A DNA stretch of 64,000 bases from Sporopachydermia quercuum (taxonomy: Eukaryota), in contig BCGN01000005.1 in the NCBI GenBank assembly GCA_001599295.1, forward strand, positions 992,001-1,056,000, given 5' to 3'. The notes below the pieces were generated by a model. That model worked only from the letters and a program-made list of their open reading frames with translations, had not been told where the DNA came from and searched no databases. Positions within the stretch are counted from its first letter, which is position 1; each line of letters begins with the position of its first letter. Made by a program: the position numbers and the translations under genes. Of the stretch, positions 11,589 through 26,019 are shown piece after piece.

Positions 11589-13197
11589 ATGGTGATAAAG
11601 AGGATTTACTTTGCTAGGGTAAGCACAATCCCAATTCACTAAAAGAGGTGATGATGAGCTAAAGATAAGAGATAATACTAACCAATATGAATTGACTTAT
11701 AGCATGGTTACCGATCCAATTGGCTGCCAGAACCTCATCCAGAGTCTCCTACAGGAATTGATGGTGATCCACCTTTAGCACCCCATGGTTTAGAACAAGC
11801 AGAAGAACTAGCAAGCTTCCTAAAAAATAGTCTAGANCCTAAGCCAGAAAGAATTTACTCTTCACCTTTTTATCGCTGTTTGCAAACAGCAGAACCAACT
11901 GCAAAAGCTCTTGGGTTACCTATATATATTGAAAGAGGAATTGGGTAAGATTATCTCTTTGGATCCTCTAATTGATTTATGGTGATTTTGTTATTAATTT
12001 TACTGTTTTGAATCTAGTGAATGGTATAGACCAGAGAGAGTGTCGATTCCAGCGCGTGAGTATTAATTGGAACCCCACGAATCGTGGATGGGATAAATTG
12101 CTGTTTGATATGGATATTGGAGAACATCGAAAATAGAGAGCATTAACAAGTTTTAAAGCGGCTTCTGAAACAAGGTTAAAAGAGCTGTTTCCTTTGATAG
12201 ATTTGGCATATGAATCAGTGGAAATACCGTCCTTGCAAGGCGAAGATGAAGATGCAGTATTGGCAAGGTCTAAAAGAGCAATGACAAAACTACTACAGAA
12301 ACATAAAACTGACCCAGAATTATCCCATATAGAGACAGTTTTGATTTTCTGTCATGCTGGTTCATTATTATCATGTGGACTAGCTTTATTGAGAGCTCAT
12401 ACTATGCAAGATAGACCTAAGGGAGTAGGTGTGATTAGTCTTTATGGACCCGAAGGCCAAATAAGAACTGGTACTTGCGCGTTAGCTGCTTTTGATTTAG
12501 TCGAAGAACTAGATGATGGACTGGGAACGTGGAAGATGACTATGAACGGAAACGTTGATTACTTATCTGGTGGAGAAGAAATGCATTGGGAGATTGAAAG
12601 CGCGGTCGAAGCAGGTTCTGAAGAAGATATAAAAGCAAGAACAAGGAAAAAAGAAGAAGAAGAAAGAAAACAACAATCAGATGGTCATCGTGGGGAAACC
12701 AGTGATAATGATAGCGAAGAAGACGAGTACCAAGTATGTAAAATGATTTGAACATTTATACTCTTATATCAGACAGATCTAACAGATGTTAGGATGTTTA
12801 TGTGACTGTTGATATCCCATTACCAGAGGAGTTTAGCCGTAAAGTCAATCTTGGTCATTTAGAAGGTAATAGCAAAGACTCCAAAAGCAAATGGAAAAAT
12901 TTCACCCCAAGTAGTACCATGGAGATGACAGGGTTTGATAACGGAACACCTTATTTTCGTATTGATGAAGGTGTGTTCAAAGGAGAGTGGAGAAATTTGA
13001 TAGGAACAGAATTGATATTCAATGAAGAAGGTGAAGTAGTAGGAATGTCTCGTGAACGAATAGGGTTAGTTGGTAGTGAAGAAAAGGATTCGGAAGAGGA
13101 TAATCAAATACAAGGGAGTGGGTTGATAGGGAAGGCCAAGGTGGTAGCTGAACAGAAAAAGATAAGAGATCAAACAAATATTCAAACAGCTAATTAG
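11589..13197 (+). CDS. TFC7: TFIIIC tau55 subunit (histidine-phosphatase domain plus TFIIIC domain); exons 11589-11618, 11703-11944, 12018-12055, 12159-12733, 12793-13197
   Basis: Spliced product [19 protein letters not shown]...[14 protein letters not shown]...G/EWY; C-terminal [24 protein letters not shown]. All four introns keep frame. Confidence 0.9.
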
Positions 13198-14022
13198 TTA
13201 GTTGATTGCAACTAATTAGCTAATGTGCACATAACAAAATGACACTGATTTCTAGATATATTTCTATATCGACTTATCAAATTAGCTGATGTATTCGATT
13301 ATGTAATCATTCAGAATCAATACTTCTGGTGTCAATGATCTGCAACGATAAGCATTTGAAAACATGGATTAGTTATTTATTCAAATTTAATACCGTAGTA
13401 AGTGGTAAGTAGTAAGAGTTTTCATTATTTGTTTTTGGTTGATGCAGGATGGTTATTGTAGCTCAAATTCAAAGAATGGGGTGTGGATGAGGAGTTCTCT
13501 AACAGTGAGCCTATATAGCTTAGTAAGCATGTGATTTCCGTTATTTCGATGTTCCATAGGGCATTTTTTCCGTAGTGGGAAAAAATGACGCAGCACATTG
13601 ACATCCTTCCTTTATCGAAAGCTCTTAAAATGCACAGGTTACAAATAAGAGCTTGACTTCTAGATATTAATTGTATTCAATGTTTTCTGCGCTATCTTAA
13701 ATTACATAANCTGTACTGAAAATTTGAACTTACTGATGTTAGTTTGATTCTTCAGACCAGAACTATATCGGAAATAATCTGTATTATTATCTCCGAAACG
13801 TTTATGCCTTCCAACTGCGTTTATTCACATAGCGCCATCAGCTTTTTAATGACTTAACCACTTTTGTAGGCAATTGTCCCTCCCTATTGTAAGATACAAT
13901 TGCTCATGNTTGCTACTTAGTTCTTGTTTGTTAACGCTGAAACAGTTTTAGCGGGTTCTTTTAGACTATAAATAAAAGACTAGTTGAGCTGTCGTATCCT
14001 AATCTCAATTCAACTTAGCATT

Positions 14023-14828
14023 ATGAGTGTTGGAGTATCTAGTTTCAAGGTATGATAGAGGATTGTTTGATTTTTTTTATTNCAAATCAATCAGTCGGAA
14101 GATAGAGACGTTGGAAAAATTTACTAACCATGGAAATTATACAGGCTGTTTACGCGGTACCCTTAGAATGTGGTGGGTGCGTTGACAGTGTTGCACAAGC
14201 ACTTAAAGAAGTACATGGTGTGCAGAAGTTTGACATCAACTTGAAAGATCAAGTTGTGATGGTTGAAGGTACTGCACCACCTACCAGTATAACAAAACAA
14301 TTACAAGATATTGGCAAAGACGCTATTCTCAGGGGCAGTGGAACTCAAAATTCTGCTGCAGTTTGTATTTTAGAATCGTTCAAAGATGAAGATCTTGAGG
14401 CCCCTATCAAAGGATTAGCTAGAATCGTCTCTGTAGGAAACGGGCAAAGTGTTATAGATTTGTCTTTGAATGGTGTGCCAAAAGGAAAATATTATCCTTC
14501 CATTCATACCGCTGGTGATTTGTCTAGAGGAGCTCTAAGCACAGGACCTACTAGAGTTAGGCTTCCTGAGATTGTTGTAGAAGATAAAAGTGATACTAGA
14601 GAAGGTTTATTCAAAGGACAATGCTTTTTCGAGGAGAAACTAAACATTTCCGATATCATCGGGAGAAGTATTGTTATTAGTGATGCTAATGGTATCAGTG
14701 ACGAAAGTTTAGTTGGTGTGATTGCCCGATCTGCCGGAGTTTGGCAGAATGATAAGCAGGTATGCAGTTGTAGTGGTAAGACTGTCTGGGAAGAAAGACG
14801 GGATGCTGTTGCTAAAGGTATCAATTAG
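14023..14828 (+). CDS. CCS1: Copper chaperone for Sod1; exons 14023-14049 and 14145-14828
   Basis: HMA motif ECGGC, SOD-like domain, C-terminal CSCSGKTVWEER; intron GTATGA...TACTAAC...CAG. Confidence 0.93.
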
Positions 14829-16918
14829 TTAAATATAGGGTAATAAATGAAGATGTGAGCGTTACATCCAGTGGTATTTCATAGCCGTTACAACAGTTCA
14901 CACAGAAATACTAGTATTGTACATCCTCCTTAAGTACTAGTAATAATTCGCATTGTATGACCAATCTTTGAATCTCTTGCTTAGGTTTATCTTTTTTAGA
15001 TCAACTCTTTTCTAATGGCTGTTCTCGATGAAACAATATTAACTCTTTTGCCTAGCAAAAATCAAAATAGTCTCTCTTATCAATAACAATAGATTGATTC
15101 CTAATCATGTGACTAGTTCTCATATCCTTCAGCCCAAAACCTATATAGTCTAAAATGTATTCGCGTTATTTCAGTCAATAGAATCTCAGAAATATCCCTA
15201 AATACAGAAAAACCTGGGGAAAATNTAAAACAAGGAAGTTCGTTTAGGAGTAAGTAGGAATGCAACCTGATGTGAACCATGAAAATAAATCGGAATACAA
15301 TGTAACTTTAATGAATCTCCGGAAAAAGATAGTTTCCATTCCTAAGAATTCCATCTTGGGGGAGCTTGAGGTGTCTGCTCATCCCTTGATGTTCCTATTG
15401 CCAAGTTGCTTCCCCAGGTTTTTCATTGAAAAGATGTATGTCATGATTTATAAAAGTCATGATTGACGACAAGAGCTTTTCCGGTGGTGAAATGTGGGGT
15501 TCAAATATGACAATTTGTTGGAGTGCTTTTAAGAGTGTGATACTCATCCATGTATGAACACAGAACAACAGTCCAATCCCGCTCCAGATTTCCCTAATTA
15601 CAATAATGGAATTGACTATTCAGATCTTTGAGATGAAGAATGCTTTTTCATATATAACAGATACTTAGTGTTAATTGTCTTTTGATCTTCGAAATTAAAT
15701 GGTATAGTTTGCTATGTATTTTCTCAACTGAAGACAACGAAAATTGTCTTCTCCATTCATTTGATCGACGAACTTCAGATATCCTTACGTATACAAGTGT
15801 TAATATATGATTGATTAGATCATCAGAAAATAGAGATCCAAAGTTTGGCTCGATGAAAGGTAAAAGCAATAGAAGTATGAGTACTAAGTGTTAAGCAACG
15901 ATGGAAGTATTTGTCAAAATTCTTCCAAATCATTATGTTATGTAATTTAACTTGCAAACGGTTAGATAATCACTTTTCCTATCCAACTTCGATTTAGTTT
16001 TATGGAGATAAATTCACCGTATACTCAGTTGATCCTCATGAGACTCCGTTGATGGATTATCTACTTTGGTAGTTATCAAAATTTATATACCCTACCAAAT
16101 CTAATATCAATTGACGGCTATTTAGTTGGTCTAACTAAAACTTTTATCTTAAATAAGTTTGATCAGTAATATATTTCAAGTTTGGTCTAATAAATAAAGC
16201 TCCAACTCATCTATCTTCAATTGTTGTTTCTATTTTAGGCTAATTGAATGAAAATCTAATGTATGATTACATAATCCAGAAATTGTCAACAACTTTTATC
16301 TTCAGCTTGAAAAAGATCTCATAGTAGCTAATTTAAAACATTCATCAGCAAAGCAATAAACGCCAGATAAGTATTTCGATAACCACAATAGTGATTTCGG
16401 AATTGAATTGTATTTTCACCCGTTCATACGCTTGAACAGCTGATTAGTGGTTAGATGATAGTACCGCATCTTGACGAAGTGAAGAGTATGTAGGTTTCTT
16501 CTTATCTTGATTACAAGTGGAAGCAAAATTGAATGAATGATAGAGCAAAAGCAGTTAAAGCAGGACTTGAATCAGCGATCCTATATGTCGTGAGTTCTTT
16601 TGAATTTATTCACTCAGAGCTTTGGTAGTCAGTTGGCTTTCTGTCGGATAGATTTGCTAGTACCAAATCATGGCTGCTTTTCGGTTGCACAATTGTTCCG
16701 TACAGATTGTCGAACTATCTACATCAATGAAGAATCAACTATCTGATCTTGATAAACATAGTCCATAATTGTCATATAAGAACAATTGAGTTATTATCTA
16801 TAGTTTTTCTCATTTTCTAATTCTTTTGTTCATTCTGATGCTAATGGGAACCGGTTTCCAACTTCTCATCCATTACGTATATTTATTTGGCTGGGCACTT
16901 TCGGTTCCCACGTAATCC

Positions 16919-18912
<1,994 letters not shown>

Positions 18913-20690
18913 GTGCGATGCAGATTATGAATAATGTTTATTTCTTTTATAAATGTATTCTCCACGTCTGTTTGAGCAATGTTATTTATTATATAATATA
19001 TGAAAGAAGTATTAAATTGTAATCAAATAGGATCCGGCTTAGTTTTATAATATTCCAAACAAAGTAATACCCATCTTAATATGTATTATAAATATATATT
19101 GGAAAAATGTAGTCTAACAAGGAACATATATTTTATACTTGGCCTTGTTTCAACTCTGTATGTGTTAATCAACAGCATATACGTTAGCAAATCAATCCGT
19201 TCCTTCTACGATTACCTGTTATTAGAATAGTATATTACATTTACTCACGTATCCATCTAGTTACTCTGAGGTTTCAATACAAAATTGTTGGAGCTGATGC
19301 TTTTTAATACAGAGGAAAAATTGTACTAGACGATGAGCGAAAGAGGTTTCTTAGATGCACCATCTATTGCGTAGGTTCCCTTTACACTTTCTTTATTCTC
19401 ATCTATAATAAACAAGGATAAAACTGGTTTTAGTACAATTCCGTACAAAGAAGTGAGGTTCTTCTTTCCGATCTTCTATGTTTGTATCCAAAAGGGGTAA
19501 ATTGAGATAACTGTATAAAGGAAGTGTTGGTTTCATCATGTGCTGAATGAAAAAAAGATGCTTCATGAGTCGATAGCTCTGGCAATTGAGTTTTGATTAG
19601 GGTCAGGGACTCTAGAAAGGATCAAAAACAATAAGGCTACTAAATGTATACAAATTGAAGATATGCAGAAGCAATTACCCTATGTAACAAACAATCAAAA
19701 AAGAGTTGCGTATTTAATGCCTATATACAATCTTCTATCTTACATGTATCCAACGCATGAAAATACATCTTTTCCACCACATGGGTACTCGCCTATGGGC
19801 TAACCAAGCCAACGCTTGATCTCCAGCGATCAGATTTCCGAAATGTACTGAAAGGTGTTTAATTATCAATGGTAGTTTTAAGCTTCTTACATTTTCAAGA
19901 GCAGTGTACTTGCAATTGAAAGAGGTTCAGGGCTCTAGTTATTTTCTAGTCATTGAAAGAACAGGAATGGTTGTATCTATCAACCAAATGTACAGGCAGA
20001 CAAGTAATTTCTGCGATTGAATAGAACTATGTCCATGTTTTGAGAGAAGAGGCAACAATCGCTTGTTCATAGTCAACATATCCAACTATTCATATATATA
20101 GTTTTTAATTTATATACTTTCGTCAGTATTCAAGCATAACAATGCAAATAGCTTCAACTGCAATTCTTTAATAAGTATCTCCCAACTGCATAATAATGCT
20201 TTTATACGTATCTATCGCATATTAATGCATTATGTGCATAAATTTACATGCTCATTATAACCTATTTCTGTGTTGAGTTTCATCACTAAAAAACACTTTT
20301 CTAGTTGCAGTTGAAAACCTCAACTCTCCTCAGCAAAAGTTTGCCTCAAAAATGCGAACTCTTAGAATGCAATGAGGGCCTAATCAAATTAAGGCTTTTT
20401 ATTCCTCCTTGGCTGAATATCTCGTTTATTTTTCAACTGAAAACTGAAGAAATTTTCGCTTGGTGACAGTATTTCTTTAATAATCCATTGTTTAATAGAT
20501 TGATTGATAATATCGAAAAGCTTTGTTAGTTAATTATAGTCTACTTACAACTATCTGACGTTAGTGTTGTAAAAGGTATTATTATTGGTTGATTAAACTA
20601 CACAGTAACAGTAATTATCACTGATAGTACTGGTTGGACCGAGAGTTAAAAAGGTATCTTCTTCTACTATATTCGTTTGGTAGAATCAAA

Positions 20691-22010
20691 ATGTCTGAAC
20701 CTATTCGTAATAAACGATTGGGTGAATTAGCTGAGGCACCTACTCCTCAGAATACACCTGCTGCTGCCTCTTCTTCGTACTTGAGGCAAGCCCATCCAAC
20801 GGTTGCCACAATCCAAGAGGAAGGATCATCAGCTTCGGCCACTTTAGCTGCTGCTGCTAATAATCCACAATTGCTTTCTTTAATCGAAGGAAAATTAGGA
20901 ACTCTTATTGGCAAGGATTCTGGATATATTTCATCATTACCTAAGCCGATCCAAAAGAGAATCAAGGGCCTAAAGGGTCTTATGTCTAAGCAACTAGAAC
21001 TTGAGATTGCATTTCAAAAAGAAGTTTCTGAATTAGAGCGAAAATATGCAAAGAAGTTTGAACCTTTATACGAGCATCGTTCCAATATCATCAATGGAGA
21101 TGAAGAACCAACAGAAGAAGAAGTTACCGCCGGAAAGGAACTAGATGCTGAAGAACATGAAGATGAAGATGACGAAGCAAGTGCTAGTGCTAGTTCTAAG
21201 TCTGAAGAAGATAATGGCTCTGATAATGAGGATAGTGAAGATGGTGAAAAGAAAGCCAGTGTTAATGATATAAAGGGTATCCCCAATTTCTGGGAAACTG
21301 CAATTATGAATATGCCAACTTTGAGTAACATTGTTACTGACAGAGATATTGAAGTTCTGAAATATCTTGCTGACATTAAGCTAGATTATCCAGAAAATGC
21401 CGAAGGATTTTCTCTTATATTTGTTTTCAATGAAAATCCATTCTTCACTAACAAGACTTTGGCTAAATCATACTATTATCAAGATGAATTGGAATACTCA
21501 GGAGATTATATGTACGATCATGCTGAAGGAGAAGAAATCAACTGGATTTCTAATGAAACTAATGTTACAGTAACCATAGAGAAACGGAAACAAAGAAATA
21601 AGCACACAAAGGCCACTAGAACCGTGGAAAAGATCACTCCTGCGGAATCATTCTTCAACTTTTTTAATCCACCAAAGATTCCTGGAAAGGAGGAAAAAGA
21701 TGATGAGGATGAAGATAATGAAGAAGAAGACGGAGAATTTGATGTTTATTTGGAAGAAAAACTGGAAATGGATTATCAAATTGGAGAGGAAATCAAAGAC
21801 AAGTTAATCCCCAGAGCAATTGACTGGTTCACAGGTGATGCTCTTGAATATGAAGAGCGATTTGATGGTGAAGAGTTTGGCGACGAGGGTGATGATTACG
21901 ATGATGATAGTGAAGGGGATACTGATGATGNCGATGATGATGAGGAAGACAATGATGATGGAGAAGCCACTGCCAAGAAGACCGATCCTGCTGAATGTAA
22001 ACAATCTTGA
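20691..22010 (+). CDS. NAP1: Nucleosome assembly protein (histone chaperone)
   Basis: MSEPIRNKR...APTPQNTP, KGIPNFW, IEKRKQRNKHTK, IKDKLIPRAIDWFTG, acidic tail and C-terminal CKQS (CaaX-like). Confidence 0.96.
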   Translation: MSEPIRNKRLGELAEAPTPQNTPAAASSSYLRQAHPTVATIQEEGSSASATLAAAANNPQLLSLIEGKLGTLIGKDSGYISSLPKPIQKRIKGLKGLMSKQLELEIAFQKEVSELERKYAKKFEPLYEHRSNIINGDEEPTEEEVTAGKELDAEEHEDEDDEASASASSKSEEDNGSDNEDSEDGEKKASVNDIKGIPNFWETAIMNMPTLSNIVTDRDIEVLKYLADIKLDYPENAEGFSLIFVFNENPFFTNKTLAKSYYYQDELEYSGDYMYDHAEGEEINWISNETNVTVTIEKRKQRNKHTKATRTVEKITPAESFFNFFNPPKIPGKEEKDDEDEDNEEEDGEFDVYLEEKLEMDYQIGEEIKDKLIPRAIDWFTGDALEYEERFDGEEFGDEGDDYDDDSEGDTDDXDDDEEDNDDGEATAKKTDPAECKQS

Positions 22011-22376
22011 ATAGCAGTTTTAATGAGAAGTAGGTCCATAATGATAACAGCTTTTTATAACCTATTGTCATGCCTGGTCACTTGTTGATTTATTGATCGT
22101 TTTAAAACCAACATTTCGTTGGTTATATCTAATATACTTATTCCTTTACAGTTTTATTCACTGGATGTTTCTGTACGTATGATTCGAAATAGTGATTGCA
22201 TAGAAAGTGCTGTGTCATTAAGACTCATATATGATTACCATGAATGGGATATGAATTATATGAATTATATGCATAATTTAGACGCATCTCTTCTGCTCTA
22301 TCTACACTAATAGTCAATCAATACACTAATATATGAACTTGAACCTGGAAAGAATCTGAAAGTAGCTGCTGTCTTT

Positions 22377-23699
22377 TTATTTGAAATCTTTGTAAGTCCA
22401 TTTTTCCACAACCTTTGGTGTGTATCTTCTTCTTTTAGCCACTTTGACTCTAGCCTCGATTAGACCTCTATCTTGAAGACTCCTAAATCGATCTCTAGTT
22501 AGATTTCCTTCAGGTTTGAGACGTCTAAGAGAATCAGCGAGTTCATCTGACAGTTTGACTTCCAATTGCTCTTCCATCGGGTTATATTTAGAAAGCTTCA
22601 TCTTTTTCTTTTTCTTGTCCGTCTTCGACGTCTTAGTGGCAGCATTATTGGTATCTTCTTTTAATAATTCATGTAAGTTATGCAAATCAGTAAGTTGTTT
22701 CTTGACCGCTTTTAATTGTTGACTCAATTTCTCTAACTGAACAACTCGAGATTCCTTATTTCTTTCTTTCTGAGTTTTTCGTTTCACTTCAACTGGTCTA
22801 TTAACTGATAATTTCTCGGAAACGTCTTCTTTGAGATCTTCAGAGCTCTCCACTTCTTCATCCAAATCATCGGCCTTATTGATAGCCATATCATCACCGT
22901 CTGGTAATTGATCAATTAATGACTGGATCTGTTCCCTATATGCTTCCAATTCTTCCATTTTATCCACTCTAGATTTTTCCTTCAGGTATTCCGTTTGCAG
23001 CAACTTTTGCCATTCCTCAAAGGAAGGATTATATGACTTACCAGCATGAGGTAATTCCACCGCCCTGCTGTTGATTTTCTCCGAAATTTTCTCTGGCCCT
23101 CTTTTCATGGTTTCTGGAATGACAGTCTTTTTCTTGTTGCTGACACTATGAAACAGTATGGCTTTCTTTTCTTTGGCGCTGAGCTTTAGAGATTTATTTT
23201 TTCCTATATCTAGCAACGTTCTGGTGATTTCTGGTAAGAGGTTACTAGCATTTGTTCTCACTTTTTTTGAAATCACATCATCATTATCGTTATCACCCCA
23301 AGCATCGTACACTGGTGTAGCTATAATTCCATCCTTCTCATAAACAGCTTTCGCTGAGCCACCATCTTTGATACCAGCAACTCTTAGAAGCCTGTCTAGG
23401 TCTTTTCGCGACGCTGCTTTCTTCTTTTGCTTCAGATGATTCAATGCTGGAACGGCACTTCGTTTGGCAAGAATTTCTTGAGCTTTCAGAGGTTTAATTT
23501 TTCTTTTCACTTTAATCGAAAAGTCACCTTCAGTATCGATAGTGAATAAGTCAGATGATGAGATTGATTCCACATCTTGTTTGCCGATTGTTCTTTCTTC
23601 TTCGCGAGCTTCTTCTATACCGATTTCGATATCTTGGATATCAATATTCTTCCTCCATGCTCTTTTTCCCTTTCGGGATGGTTGTACTTTGTTTGACAT
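22377..23699 (-). CDS. NOP53: 60S biogenesis factor Nop53
   Basis: QPSRKGKRAWRKNID, LFTIDTEGD (Mtr4 arch-interacting motif), LRRLKPEGNL, EKWTYKDFK. Confidence 0.95.
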   Translation of the reverse strand: MSNKVQPSRKGKRAWRKNIDIQDIEIGIEEAREEERTIGKQDVESISSSDLFTIDTEGDFSIKVKRKIKPLKAQEILAKRSAVPALNHLKQKKKAASRKDLDRLLRVAGIKDGGSAKAVYEKDGIIATPVYDAWGDNDNDDVISKKVRTNASNLLPEITRTLLDIGKNKSLKLSAKEKKAILFHSVSNKKKTVIPETMKRGPEKISEKINSRAVELPHAGKSYNPSFEEWQKLLQTEYLKEKSRVDKMEELEAYREQIQSLIDQLPDGDDMAINKADDLDEEVESSEDLKEDVSEKLSVNRPVEVKRKTQKERNKESRVVQLEKLSQQLKAVKKQLTDLHNLHELLKEDTNNAATKTSKTDKKKKKMKLSKYNPMEEQLEVKLSDELADSLRRLKPEGNLTRDRFRSLQDRGLIEARVKVAKRRRYTPKVVEKWTYKDFK

Positions 23700-24199
23700 T
23701 CTTGATGTGATTAATCTACCTTGAGAAGTTATGTGCTGATTCAATGAACAGAACCCCCAATAGAAAAGTACACAATGTCGAAATACAAAGAAATGAAGAG
23801 GGCAATATTACTCCTTTTTCTTCCATGCATACTATACTGCTTCTATTCTCACAATCTCATTCCTCACACTTATCAAAAGAATTTTTTTTGCTAACAAAAA
23901 TTAATTTTGTATGTGATAAGTATGGAATTACCCGGATATGGTAAATTACTGATTATGTAAACAAGCTAATATATAATAATGTAATCAGATAATGGCTCGT
24001 GAGAAAAGTGCTATGTGAATCAATCAATTATGACAAAGAATAGACACCATAATCAAAAGCGAAGAGGCATGAATGGGTGGAAGGAATTAAATGTAACAGA
24101 CAGGGCATTCATGATGGTCATATTACAGAAGTCTGGAAAGCGGTATTATACATTGACGCTATAATGGATCTTTTGTCTTCTTCTCGAGATCAACTTCAG

Positions 24200-24679
24200 T
24201 TATTCATGTGCACTATTCAACCGTTCAGCAACGAATGAAATAATTGCTGATGTTTCAGCGATACCATCTCCCTGCGCTCGAAATCCAGATAAACCTACGT
24301 AAACTGGGACACCAGAATTTTTGCAGATCATTGTAGATAATCTGATAGCTAAATCAATTGTTGATTCTTCCTGGAAAAGATTAGTTGTATAGATCTCCTT
24401 AGAGTGTGGCTGTAAGTGAATAAATTGTTAGTACTTAATATCACTTCTGGTAGTATGTATTATAAATATTATTAGCCACATCTTCATTATGATATTATCA
24501 CATACATTTTGAATAGCGTAAACATAACTTGATAAGTCTGATTGAATCCCGTTGGTGTTGATAATCACTTTAATTGGCCCTTTTGACTGCTTTCTCTTGG
24601 GAACAGTTAGGAGTATATGAAGCGGTTTCTCATTGGAGTCAGTGATTGTTGTCTTGATTGTTGTCAGGTATTTGGACAT
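24200..24679 (-). CDS. POC4: Proteasome assembly chaperone 4-like; exons 24679-24506 and 24409-24200 (127 aa)
   Basis: Intron GTATGT...TACTAAC...CAG keeps frame; 'LSSYVYAI...IDLAIRLSTMI...VPVYVGLS' fits PAC4/Poc4; close to NOP53 as in S. cerevisiae. Confidence 0.7.
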
Positions 24680-25187
24680 TGTTGATATTTGGTTCCCAAA
24701 ACTGAATTGAACCTACTGACTAGATCACAATAGTCCTCTAGTTATATTATCAATATTATATTTATAATTATTGGTAACGGCTAATTGATGAAATATAGTT
24801 AAAAGTTATACGGTTCATTCATTCCATTTGTTGAAAGAATAAAGTCGACAATGAAGTGAAGGATAATTTCGAAAGCTATTTTTTAATTTTCATATGCATA
24901 CTGTGCTTATCTCTATTAGCATTCTTAATGATCCTTTTAATGGACATGTCTGAAAATGCATGCAACTCATTTCTGAACAACTTTGTATTCATTTTACCTA
25001 TTATTTTTCAATGATTACGGTTATTGGAGTACCTACCTTTAGGATTAATTAACTTGCCTTTTACTTATTTGTTATTAACTAAATTCAACTCATTTGTGCA
25101 GTGAGAGGACCGGCGTTGACTTGTTTATTTACTCAAACTTGTGTAACACTAATTCTCAAACGTTCTATGATCAAATCAACCATAATA

Positions 25188-25880
25188 ATGACAAGCGAAT
25201 TTGCAAAGAAACCGTTGACCCTTATTGTTGCAGTAGCAGTTCCATCTTTAACTATTGGGAAAAATGGAGGTCTACCATGGAGACTAAGACAAGAAATGAA
25301 ATACTTCAAGCAAGTAACGATTGGGCCTCTCAAGCAAGGTGGTCCTCGTAATGCCGTTATCATGGGTAGAACTACCTGGGAATCAATTCCACCGAAATTC
25401 AGACCGTTGGATAGTCGTGTAAACGTTGTGTTGAGCCGACAGAAGACACCTAGCGAGATATCAGATATTATTCTCAAGGAAAATTCACCTGTACTATTCT
25501 CGAATTCATTAGATAGTGCATTAAAACAACTTGAATTGTTTCAAAACAAATCCTCAAGAAATATAGAGAAAATATTTGTTATTGGAGGATCACAAATTTA
25601 TAAAGACGCCATGAATCATCCTCAAACTAAACACCTGCTAATTACTGAAATATATAAAGAAATCCCGGATGGTGACAAATTTTTTGAGAACTTCAATTGG
25701 ACACCAGTCGGCAGTAAGCAAGAAGCAACCTTTGAATTAAAAACCGATGGTAGAAACTGGAATAGACTCTCAGATGATAGATTGAGAGAGTTTGTTGGCG
25801 AGCATGTGGAAATTCCTGACGGTAATATCGTTGAGGGGGATTATGAGTATAAATATACACTATGGGAGGTGAGTGAATAA
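25188..25880 (+). CDS. DFR1: Dihydrofolate reductase
   Basis: IGKNGGLPWRL, NAVIMGRTTWESIP, RPLDSRVNVVLSR and FVIGGSQIY motifs. Start ATG is 25188 or 25168. Confidence 0.96.
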   Translation: MTSEFAKKPLTLIVAVAVPSLTIGKNGGLPWRLRQEMKYFKQVTIGPLKQGGPRNAVIMGRTTWESIPPKFRPLDSRVNVVLSRQKTPSEISDIILKENSPVLFSNSLDSALKQLELFQNKSSRNIEKIFVIGGSQIYKDAMNHPQTKHLLITEIYKEIPDGDKFFENFNWTPVGSKQEATFELKTDGRNWNRLSDDRLREFVGEHVEIPDGNIVEGDYEYKYTLWEVSE

Positions 25881-26019
25881 ATTGTTGTAAAAAACTATTA
25901 GAATTTACCCTTGTATTACACCTCAAAAAGTGTCAAATTGTCTCACGTTATATTATAATCAATCTCTAATCTAATCTACTCTAAACACAAAACATAATTC
26001 AGTAACCCAAAAGAGCGTG

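Noticed and set aside
19740..19860. GC-richer patch with small hairpins, possible H/ACA snoRNA
   Set aside because: Could not assign two hairpins with convincing H and ACA boxes or a guide target.
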